A DNA stretch of 64,000 bases from the sequence record OP557969.1, one strand, 5' to 3'. The notes under the pieces were generated by a model. It made no database searches. It saw nothing but the letters and a program-made list of their open reading frames with translations, and was not told where the DNA came from. The position numbers and the translations under genes are program-made. This document shows positions 18,365 to 26,347 of this stretch, piece by piece. Each line of letters starts with the position of its first letter. Positions within the stretch are counted from its first letter, which is position 1.

Positions 18365-19864
18365 ATGGATAATTTTTTCAGTACTGAAACTACCACCGTT
18401 CCTAATGGATATGTATATACGTCCCATACTGGTGCAAAATATGTATTTCTAGAAGGATTTTGGTTCAATGATAGTAATATGTTAATGGTAGACCCTAGAA
18501 AATACCCATCCATGTACGCAAGTGCTTGTCAGCAAATTGTCGAGCATAATCTGGCTTCAAATGAATATAAGATTGGTAAAAAATATATTATTGAAGGCAA
18601 AGAGTGTACATTTATTGGAGAAAACCGATTTGAATCAAAAGATGGTATTCTACTAACTGAAAGTGAAATCATCACTGAGTTAATGGCAGACGACCATCGC
18701 GTATATAATGTGTCTAAAGAAACACTCCAAAAAGAATGGAATGACTTAAAATTCTATATTCTTCCCCCATATGCTGATGATATTTCTATTCCAGCAGGTA
18801 TGGAAGTTGGTGGATTTAAATATGTTCCTAAAAAACATCGTTTTGTTGATATTAAATCGGGTCATCCGGTTGATCCAGTAATGACCCGTAAACTGTCAGA
18901 TGAAGGTATGCGTATTGCCCGTCAGTTAGCATCAAAAAATAAACTAATTCCAATCAAATCTACATTAGTTCAAGGTAATTCTCGATGTGAATGGAATGGT
19001 AAAGATTTTTGTGACAACGATGGTAATGTGGTAATCCCAGAGCAAAATGCACATACAATCATTAATGCGTATCAGAAATTTGTTAAAAACCACCCTGAAG
19101 ACTTCCCAACTCTAACTGGGGAACACGAACATAGTGAACAACGATTCGGTTCAGGTGAAAAACCAGAACAACGAGGTAAACCGACAGCTTTTGCAACAAA
19201 AGAATCAATCAATGAAGCTGATGAAGAAATTGAAGATTTTGAAAGCATTACGGTCCCTGATGGTTATCGAATGACTTCTTCTAAAGGAAAAACCTATACG
19301 AAGAAGAACAACATGTGGTATGATATTGAAACGAAAAAACGACTCAATACTAGTGCATCTAAAAGTGTTGAACTAGCAGCCCAGCGTGACATTTTCCGTC
19401 ATAACAATTCAGGGGCAATGAAAATCGGCACAAAAGTTAAATCCAAACAAGGAAAAGAATATTCTTATGTTGGTGGTGATAGATTTATTAGTGCCGATGG
19501 GAAGTTTATTCCAAAAGCAACCGCAGAGAAATTACTGGCTAAGTATGATGAAGAGAAAGCAGTTCAAGATGATGTGAAACCGGAAGATTCTAGTACTGAA
19601 CAACTTCATCAAAAAGAAGAACCAAAAACCAAACCAGAAAACATTTCTGAACCTGAGCCAGAAAAGGAATCTGAAACTGATAACATTGCTGGTGATGATG
19701 TACAATCATTGGCTTCTAAAATCAAAGAGTCTCCTTATGCTAAAAAAATCACAGTACTGTTAACTCGTGGTGATGAGGTTTCTCTACTTGCTGCTGACAT
19801 TTTACTTTCAGGTAAAAAGGATGAAACAGTGCAAATTTTAAAATCATTAAATAATAATGATTGA
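18365..19864 (+). CDS. Hypothetical virion/head protein with internally duplicated ~95-aa domain
   Basis: VPNGYVYTSHTGAKY...W / KIGKKY...FIGENRFESKDG is repeated as VPDGYRMTSSKGKTY...W / KIGTKV...YVGGDRFISADG. Confidence 0.7.
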   Translation: MDNFFSTETTTVPNGYVYTSHTGAKYVFLEGFWFNDSNMLMVDPRKYPSMYASACQQIVEHNLASNEYKIGKKYIIEGKECTFIGENRFESKDGILLTESEIITELMADDHRVYNVSKETLQKEWNDLKFYILPPYADDISIPAGMEVGGFKYVPKKHRFVDIKSGHPVDPVMTRKLSDEGMRIARQLASKNKLIPIKSTLVQGNSRCEWNGKDFCDNDGNVVIPEQNAHTIINAYQKFVKNHPEDFPTLTGEHEHSEQRFGSGEKPEQRGKPTAFATKESINEADEEIEDFESITVPDGYRMTSSKGKTYTKKNNMWYDIETKKRLNTSASKSVELAAQRDIFRHNNSGAMKIGTKVKSKQGKEYSYVGGDRFISADGKFIPKATAEKLLAKYDEEKAVQDDVKPEDSSTEQLHQKEEPKTKPENISEPEPEKESETDNIAGDDVQSLASKIKESPYAKKITVLLTRGDEVSLLAADILLSGKKDETVQILKSLNNND

Positions 19865-19886
19865 TAACTAAAAGGATTTATTTAAA

Positions 19887-20840
19887 ATGACAAAAAAAAT
19901 TAATGAAGCACAAGTTAAAATCGATATCGCAGGTTTAGAATCTGATGATTTGGAAACACTATCACGTATGCTGGCTCTTGCTGGGCAAGCAGAACACAAA
20001 GACCCAGTTGTTGCTCAAGTTCCTTCGATGGGGGCAATTTCACCATCAATTCCACCTATTGCACCACTAGACATTGATTCAATTGGAGCGGATGAAGAAA
20101 TCAGTGATATGGAAACTTCAATTGAAGATCCACTAGCATCGGCAGTTGATGAACTTTCCTCAGATGTTGCTGATTTTGGTGCTGAAGGTGATGAAGTTAG
20201 TATGGATGCTGAATTTTCAGAACCAGATGCTGAAGAAGATTTATCACTAGACTTGAGTGGTCAACCACAACTTGAATCCGTTGAAGATGACGATGAGGAA
20301 GAAGAAATTATTGAAGAAGAATTTGATTTTAGTCGTATGCTATCACTTGCTGGTATCAACGAAGAAGATGAGGATTTTTCAGTAGAGGACGAACCTTCTG
20401 ATAATAAAGAACAATTTCTTCCAGACCTAAGCATCGTTGAAGATGAGGAACCATCAAACAATACTGATTATGGTCCATATAGCTCAGAAGCTGATGCGGT
20501 ACGTGACGGCGAACTAAAAACTAATGGTGTTGAAGGTGATAATTTTGTTGTAATTGTGAAAGGAAACCAATTTTATTGGAGACGTGTTGTAGATGAAGAC
20601 ATTGACAATCGTCCAGAACCTGAGTATTATGACAATGAAGGAAATGAACATCGTGTTCACAAATTTGAACCAAAAGCACCAGGTACTGCACTAGGTGATA
20701 ACCCACTAAATGTTAATGAAAGTGAAGATGATGATTCACCAGAAGGTAACATTGATCTTGAAGATGATTCTGATGAAAAAGTAGAAGATATTTTTGAAAG
20801 TCTCCAAGAAAAATATAAGAAATTTTTAGGAGATATTTAA
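19887..20840 (+). CDS. Highly acidic putative prohead core/scaffold-like protein
   Basis: Very D/E-rich; repeated INE/LES/VNE motifs; duplicated (L/F)SRML.LAG. Confidence 0.6.
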   Translation: MTKKINEAQVKIDIAGLESDDLETLSRMLALAGQAEHKDPVVAQVPSMGAISPSIPPIAPLDIDSIGADEEISDMETSIEDPLASAVDELSSDVADFGAEGDEVSMDAEFSEPDAEEDLSLDLSGQPQLESVEDDDEEEEIIEEEFDFSRMLSLAGINEEDEDFSVEDEPSDNKEQFLPDLSIVEDEEPSNNTDYGPYSSEADAVRDGELKTNGVEGDNFVVIVKGNQFYWRRVVDEDIDNRPEPEYYDNEGNEHRVHKFEPKAPGTALGDNPLNVNESEDDDSPEGNIDLEDDSDEKVEDIFESLQEKYKKFLGDI

Positions 20841-20841
20841 T

Positions 20842-21237
20842 ATGACATACAATTATCGTGAACTTGTTGAAGCATTGGATGAAATTACAGGTCGAGATGA
20901 AGATGAAAGTTTTTCAGTTCAAGTCGAATCTGATGTAGTAGCAGTTGATATTCTTAAGGATATCACTAAATGCCTCATTGACGTTGTTGATAATATTAAA
21001 TCTGGTGAAGATCAAAAAGAAATTGTCGAAAAACTACAAAAAGCACGTGACATTTTGTCTGACATGAGATATGATGATGAAAGTACTGAAGTTGCTGATG
21101 AAGAAGTTCTGGAAGCAATTGCTGGTTGTTTTGGAACCGAAGGTATGGGTCCAACAATTGACCAAGATGGAGTCCAGCACTATAACGAACCAGGTGCACC
21201 AACATATGCAGCACGTCAAGGTTATGTTGGAGACTGA
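20842..21237 (+). CDS. Acidic hypothetical protein
   Basis: 131-aa ORF immediately downstream; GGAG SD. Confidence 0.65.
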   Translation: MTYNYRELVEALDEITGRDEDESFSVQVESDVVAVDILKDITKCLIDVVDNIKSGEDQKEIVEKLQKARDILSDMRYDDESTEVADEEVLEAIAGCFGTEGMGPTIDQDGVQHYNEPGAPTYAARQGYVGD

Positions 21238-21240
21238 TAT

Positions 21241-21621
21241 ATGTTTCCTGAACCATCACATAACAGTACTGAATATCAAAATAGTGTACTTTCCAAAGTT
21301 AGGGAAGTACATGAATCTGATTCAGAAATAACCGACCGTATGCTTCTGATGTCAATTTTTGAAAATTTCAGAACTGGCGGTGGTTTGCGTCTTAGCAAGT
21401 TTGGGTATGGAATTTGTAAAGAAAATAATCTATACGAATTTACAAAAATCCCCTTGAAAAGAGAATTTAAAAGTTCTATAATGTTTACATCACTTGATAG
21501 AATATGTACTTCACCTTACTATGTAGAAGGGCCGTATATATATCTTTCTGATGCAATGATAATAGCTGAATTAACATTGTGTTGTGATGATTTTAAGCAA
21601 TTGTTTTCTATACATATGTAA
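21241..21621 (+). CDS. Hypothetical protein
   Basis: 126-aa ORF with GGAG SD. Confidence 0.65.
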   Translation: MFPEPSHNSTEYQNSVLSKVREVHESDSEITDRMLLMSIFENFRTGGGLRLSKFGYGICKENNLYEFTKIPLKREFKSSIMFTSLDRICTSPYYVEGPYIYLSDAMIIAELTLCCDDFKQLFSIHM

Positions 21622-21634
21622 TAAAAAATAATTG

Positions 21635-21663
21635 TTGACAAGTTGAAAATGATGTGATATAAT
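21635..21663 (+). promoter_or_regulatory. Strong sigma70 promoter P1
   Basis: TTGACA-17 nt-TATAAT with TG extension and A-tract UP element. Confidence 0.9.
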
Positions 21664-21725
21664 AAACATCACAATGAAAGTTTTCAAGTTTCACATGATG
21701 TGAGATTGAAAAAAAGAAAAAATAG

Positions 21726-21753
21726 TTGACGAGTTGAAATGATGTGATATAAT
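21726..21753 (+). promoter_or_regulatory. Sigma70 promoter P2 (near-duplicate of P1)
   Basis: TTGACG-16 nt-TATAAT; GTTGAC.AGTTGAAA(A)TGATGTGATATAAT repeated at 91-bp offset. Confidence 0.8.
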
Positions 21754-21814
21754 GTTCACATCAAGACAACAAAGAGATTTACCTTTTAAACACACGGATG
21801 ATTCATGAAGTAAC

Positions 21815-21855
21815 AAAGGAACTGATAAGTTAAAATATTTTAACACAGTTCCTTT
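21815..21855. other. Long inverted repeat/hairpin in leader
   Basis: AAAGGAACTG (21815-24) pairs with CAGTTCCTTT (21846-55) and encloses the perfect palindrome GTTAAAATATTTTAAC (21829-44). Confidence 0.8.
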
Positions 21856-21881
21856 ACTTTTGCACACGGATTGGCTATAAT
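21853..21881 (+). promoter_or_regulatory. Possible sigma70 promoter P3
   Basis: TTTACT-17 nt-TATAAT, 41 nt before the ATPase ATG. Confidence 0.55.
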
Positions 21882-21922
21882 AGAAACCTAAACGATTTTA
21901 TCCAACAAAAGGAAATATATAC

Positions 21923-23248
21923 ATGACTACTCAAAACGATATCCTGAACGTTAAACTGACTCCAAAGAAAGCTAAAGAAGCAATGGCACTAGCTGACATG
22001 ATTCAAGATAGCCTGATGATTTGGGGTAGCCCAGGTATCGGTAAGTCTGCAATCGCTCGTCAATATGCTGATGAAAATTATCCACTGCGTAAAGACAACG
22101 AAGCCAAAATTGAGTTAATGAAACAACAAATTGAAGCTGACCCAGAGAATGCTGAACAGCTACGTCGTGAACTAGCTGCATTTGAAGCAAAACTGATCGA
22201 CCAAGATACAAACTTTATCGATTTCCGTTTGTCTCAGATTGAACCAAGTGACCTTCGTGGTATTCCAGTTCCAGAGAAACTTTTCCGTAAAACTGATGGT
22301 TCTCTCCTAAAAGAATCTGAGCTTGCTGAAGCAAAAGATTATGTAGCTGAAACAGCAGTAGTATGGGCAGCACCTAAAGTACTGAAATTACCAGATGATT
22401 GGAAAGGTGTTATTCTGTTTGACGAAATTAACTCTGCAATGCCAATTGTTCAGGCAGCGTCTTATCAGCTAATTCTCGACCGTTGTGTTGGTGAGATGAA
22501 GCTACCGAAAACTGCCCTGATTCTTGCAGCAGGTAACCGTGAAACTGATGGCGGTGTGACGTTCTCACTGGCTACACCACTACGTGACCGTATGACACAC
22601 ATTGAGATGATTCCTTATCATCAAGATTGGATCAACGATTATGCAATTGGTAAACGTTTGAACCCAGCAACTGTTGCGTTCATCAACAACACAGGTTCTA
22701 AGTACTTTAACACTCTTAGCCCACAAGATCCTTCTCACAGCGGTGGTACATCTCCGCGTTCATGGGAAGCAGTAGCACGCTACGAAGATCTGAAGAAAAC
22801 TAAGACGATTGATAAAGAAGTATTCCGTGCAATGATTGCGGGTCGTGTAGGTGAAGGTGTTGCAACTGAATACATTGAGTACGTTGATAACGTTGCAAAA
22901 CTCCCAGATACCATGTCTATTCTGTCTGGTGAAATCAAAGATATCGATGCGTCTCTTGATATTTCTGCTAACTACTTTATCACACTGAACTTGGTTTATA
23001 AAATTATTGACCTGTACAATGAGAAGCAAGAACAACGTCTACCAGTGGAAGAATGGGGTAAATTGTGCAACAACTTCATCACCTTCCTAGACCATAACTT
23101 CTCTGCAACTCAAGCAGAATTGGCAGTGCTGGCAATCCGTACCATTACACTACATAAGGTTTTGATTTCCATTAAAGATGTACCAGCGTTTAAAGATTTT
23201 ATCGCTAAGTACTCTGAACTAGTTCGTAAAGCACGCTCTCTTGGGTAA
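21923..23248 (+). CDS. MoxR-like AAA+ ATPase
   Basis: Walker A GSPGIGKS, IDFRLSQIEPSDLRGIP, Walker B ILFDEINSA, AAGNR, TSPRSWE. Confidence 0.9.
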   Translation: MTTQNDILNVKLTPKKAKEAMALADMIQDSLMIWGSPGIGKSAIARQYADENYPLRKDNEAKIELMKQQIEADPENAEQLRRELAAFEAKLIDQDTNFIDFRLSQIEPSDLRGIPVPEKLFRKTDGSLLKESELAEAKDYVAETAVVWAAPKVLKLPDDWKGVILFDEINSAMPIVQAASYQLILDRCVGEMKLPKTALILAAGNRETDGGVTFSLATPLRDRMTHIEMIPYHQDWINDYAIGKRLNPATVAFINNTGSKYFNTLSPQDPSHSGGTSPRSWEAVARYEDLKKTKTIDKEVFRAMIAGRVGEGVATEYIEYVDNVAKLPDTMSILSGEIKDIDASLDISANYFITLNLVYKIIDLYNEKQEQRLPVEEWGKLCNNFITFLDHNFSATQAELAVLAIRTITLHKVLISIKDVPAFKDFIAKYSELVRKARSLG

Positions 23249-23262
23249 TTAACAAAGAGTTG

Positions 23263-23297
23263 TTGACAAGAAGGATACCTAATGGTATCCTTCTTTT
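23263..23297 (+). terminator. Terminator hairpin overlapping a candidate promoter
   Basis: AAGAAGGATACC-TAAT-GGTATCCTTCTT then TT; the same bases give TTGACA(23263)-17 nt-TATCCT with TG extension. Confidence 0.75.
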
Positions 23298-23322
23298 ATC
23301 TTAACTAAACGAGGAAATATAC

Positions 23323-24747
23323 ATGTCCGATAACAAAACTACATCTGTGTTCAATGAAGTATCCCCAGAACTTCAGAAAGAATGTCAAGACCGTCTAGTT
23401 CTGGCTCGTACATCTTTGATGTTGACTGCACCATTCTTCGGTGTATTGGCTTCGCGTTTGCGTCCAGTTCCAAATAACACATGGTGTCGTACTTTGGCAG
23501 TTGATGGTAAACATTTATTTTACAATGTAGAATTTGTAATGGGTGTTCAAGATCCAGCAAAAAAGAAAGCATATGAAGAGGCTATTCGCGAAAAGCACCC
23601 AGAAGTTACTGAAGAACAATTAAAAGAAATGACTGAAGGTCTGACAGATGAAAACATTATTGCAGTAATTTGTCATGAAATCTTGCACTGTGCATACGAT
23701 CACTTCCTTCGTCGTGGTATGCGTGATCCACAGCGTTATAACCGTGCAGCAGATTATGCGATTAACCAAATCATCGTTCGTGAGAAAATTGGTAAAATCC
23801 AAAGCTCATGGTTGTATGATAAAAAATATGAAGGAATGACTGCTGAAGAGATTTATAATCTTCTTGAAGAAGAAGAGCAACAGCAAGATGGTGAAGGTGA
23901 AGGTACACCACAAAGTGGCAGCGGTGAAGGTGAAGGCAAAGATCGCGGGACATTTGGTGATATCAAGGATGGTAAGGGTAAACCAAAAGGTACTACAATT
24001 GACCAACATGACGTTCCACAAGAAGGTCAAGAAGGTGGTTCTAGTGAACAACAAAAACGTGATTATATGGATGATTTTAAAACAGCAATGATGAATGCTG
24101 CTCGTGCTGGTGGTACACCAGCAGAAATCGCTCGTATGATTAATAACTTCAAAGAACCAAAGATTGATTGGCGTTCTAAGCTTCAACGCACTCTTCGTAG
24201 TTGGTTGAAGTCTGATGCAACTTATCAAAATCCAGCACGTCGTTCATGGGGTGCAGGTTTTGGTTCTAATGGTTCATTTTATGGTAATCCAATTTATCCA
24301 GGGATGAAACCAGATGATGATATTGATATTGCGATTGCTCTGGATGCTTCTGGATCTATTTCCGAAGACATGCTTCGTGATTTCATTAGTGAAGTTCTTG
24401 GTATCACTAAACAATTTAAACAGTTTAAGATTCGTATCATGACATTTGATACTGAAGTTTATACTGTCAAGGATTACAAAACTGGTGAAGAACGTAAGAT
24501 TCTGGAATATCCAGTAAAAGGTGGTGGCGGTACTGATTTTGAAGCAGTGTGGGTTCACATGAAGAATGACAATTATAAGCCTAAACAGCTTGTCATGTTT
24601 ACTGATGGTGAGCCATGGCAGTCATGGGGTGATCCAAACTATTGCAAAACATTGTTTGTGATTCACAGTAATCCAAATAAAGTTGCACCATTTGGTGAAA
24701 CAGTACACTACGAGTATGAAGCAGACAAAAAACGTCAACGTAGTTAA
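23323..24747 (+). CDS. VWA-like domain / putative metallopeptidase protein (DUF2201-type), partner of the ATPase
   Basis: TLAVDGK, CHEILHC (HExxH), N.AADYAIN, MIDAS-type DASGSIS, GGGGTDF, MFTDG. Confidence 0.9.
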   Translation: MSDNKTTSVFNEVSPELQKECQDRLVLARTSLMLTAPFFGVLASRLRPVPNNTWCRTLAVDGKHLFYNVEFVMGVQDPAKKKAYEEAIREKHPEVTEEQLKEMTEGLTDENIIAVICHEILHCAYDHFLRRGMRDPQRYNRAADYAINQIIVREKIGKIQSSWLYDKKYEGMTAEEIYNLLEEEEQQQDGEGEGTPQSGSGEGEGKDRGTFGDIKDGKGKPKGTTIDQHDVPQEGQEGGSSEQQKRDYMDDFKTAMMNAARAGGTPAEIARMINNFKEPKIDWRSKLQRTLRSWLKSDATYQNPARRSWGAGFGSNGSFYGNPIYPGMKPDDDIDIAIALDASGSISEDMLRDFISEVLGITKQFKQFKIRIMTFDTEVYTVKDYKTGEERKILEYPVKGGGGTDFEAVWVHMKNDNYKPKQLVMFTDGEPWQSWGDPNYCKTLFVIHSNPNKVAPFGETVHYEYEADKKRQRS

Positions 24748-24759
24748 GTACTAAATAAT

Positions 24760-24789
24760 GAGAACGGAATTTTCCGTTCTCTTCTTTTT
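24760..24789 (+). terminator. Rho-independent terminator
   Basis: GAGAACGGAA-TT-TTCCGTTCTC then TTCTTTTT; CTAAATAA immediately upstream (24751). Confidence 0.8.
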
Positions 24790-24814
24790 ATAAGTGGGAT
24801 GACTTATAAAAATA

Positions 24815-24823
24815 TGATATAAT
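24815..24823 (+). promoter_or_regulatory. Extended -10 early promoter
   Basis: TG-A-TATAAT upstream of 24858. Confidence 0.5.
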
Positions 24824-24857
24824 AGTTAATGTACAAATATACATGGAGAGTAATAAA

Positions 24858-25091
24858 ATGGAACAAGAAAACAATCAAATTCAACTAACCCTTCTGGACC
24901 TAATTAACGCTGCAAAAATCATGGAAGCTGCTGTTGCACGAAACACGTTTAAAGTAGAAGAGCTAGTTGATGTATCTCCAGTTGTCTCTAAGTTTGTTTC
25001 TTTTGCAAACGTAGCACTTGAAGATATCAAAGCACAAGAAGATGCAGCTAAAGCACAAGAAAGCGAAACTCAAGAAAATAAAGGAGAGTAA
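24858..25091 (+). CDS. Hypothetical protein
   Basis: ATG 24858 after GGAG (ORF track 24843). Confidence 0.7.
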   Translation: MEQENNQIQLTLLDLINAAKIMEAAVARNTFKVEELVDVSPVVSKFVSFANVALEDIKAQEDAAKAQESETQENKGE

Positions 25092-25093
25092 TT

Positions 25094-25750
25094 ATGGCAG
25101 CTATTCGTCATGTTGGTGTAATGCGTAATACAGGTTCTCGTGTTTTTGTTGTTTGGCGTTCACTACCAGATGATCCTGAACACTGCCTTATTGTTTATCG
25201 CGATTCACTTCCTGAAGCATATGTTCATGCAGTGACTGATATTGTGATGGGGCATGGTCAATCAAATATTGATTTATGGGAAGTGATGCATAAAATCGGT
25301 TATCTAGATGGTCGTAAAATGTTAGATGTTTTACATAACATGCAATATCTACGCCGTGTACGTACTTGTGATATCGATATGCACACTGGTGGTAATAATA
25401 AAATCTCACTTGATGTGCTTAATAAAGCATTGGATGAAAATCAAGCTAAAATTCAAGAAGATGGTAAAGTAAAAGACTTTAACCCATTTGACCCACAGGA
25501 AGCTGACACTAAAGTTGAAGAAGCTACTATTGTTGAAAAACTCATTTCTGATGCACAAAAATATGAAAAACTAGCTCAAGAATATTATGAGCGTGCATAC
25601 AATCTAGAGCCATCATTGCGTCCACAAGCACAAGTGGTTGAGCATAAAAAAGATAGCAAAACACTTTATCTGGAAATCCCAGAAGGTATTTCACAAACCA
25701 AGGCTATTGAGAAAGTAAAACAACTGTTTGCAGCACGAAAAGCAAAATAA
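25094..25750 (+). CDS. Hypothetical protein
   Basis: 218-aa ORF with GGAG SD and phage-like codon usage. Confidence 0.75.
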   Translation: MAAIRHVGVMRNTGSRVFVVWRSLPDDPEHCLIVYRDSLPEAYVHAVTDIVMGHGQSNIDLWEVMHKIGYLDGRKMLDVLHNMQYLRRVRTCDIDMHTGGNNKISLDVLNKALDENQAKIQEDGKVKDFNPFDPQEADTKVEEATIVEKLISDAQKYEKLAQEYYERAYNLEPSLRPQAQVVEHKKDSKTLYLEIPEGISQTKAIEKVKQLFAARKAK

Positions 25751-25753
25751 ATT

Positions 25754-26347
25754 ATGACAAAGATTGAATTAGATGAAGCGATTAAAGGTTTATCTAATGT
25801 GTGTTTTAGTGGCGGGGCAGCAGGTGCTGACCGCCTTTTTTCTATCTATGCAAAAGATAATGGATTTGAAGTTGTTAATTTTTCATTTAAAGGTCATGAG
25901 CATAGTGTAGATGAAAATACTATATTAGAAATACCATCCAATATTCTATCTGATATTTCTATATTAAAGCAACTAAACATTGCATGTTACTCGTTGCAGA
26001 GAAAAGTACCAAAGCCTGGTTCTTATGTTTATAACTTACTTGCAAGGAATAGTTATCAAATACTTAATACAGAAAGAATATATTGTATTGCAAATATTAC
26101 ATCACCAACTAAGGTGAGTGGTGGTACTGCATGGGCAGTGCAGATGTACATGGATTCAGTTGAAAATCCTGAAATTTATTGTTATGATATGAATTCACGT
26201 TCTGTATTTTATTTTGACACAGTACTGAAAGAGTTTACTGAAACATTCTCAATACCAGAACCACACGGTAACTGGACTGGGATTGGTTCACGTAATGCTA
26301 CACAAAAACACATGGAACATTTTATTACATTTTTCAAGGAAGTATAA
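25754..26347 (+). CDS. SLOG-superfamily-like (Rossmann nucleotide-binding) protein
   Basis: FSGGAAGAD and SGGTAWA glycine motifs plus WTGIGSRN; family call is inference. Confidence 0.5.
   Translation: MTKIELDEAIKGLSNVCFSGGAAGADRLFSIYAKDNGFEVVNFSFKGHEHSVDENTILEIPSNILSDISILKQLNIACYSLQRKVPKPGSYVYNLLARNSYQILNTERIYCIANITSPTKVSGGTAWAVQMYMDSVENPEIYCYDMNSRSVFYFDTVLKEFTETFSIPEPHGNWTGIGSRNATQKHMEHFITFFKEV

Noticed and set aside
21620-21922. tRNA gene or CRISPR mini-array in the long intergenic gap
   Set aside because: No cloverleaf, T-loop or CCA end; the repeats correspond to promoter elements and dyads.
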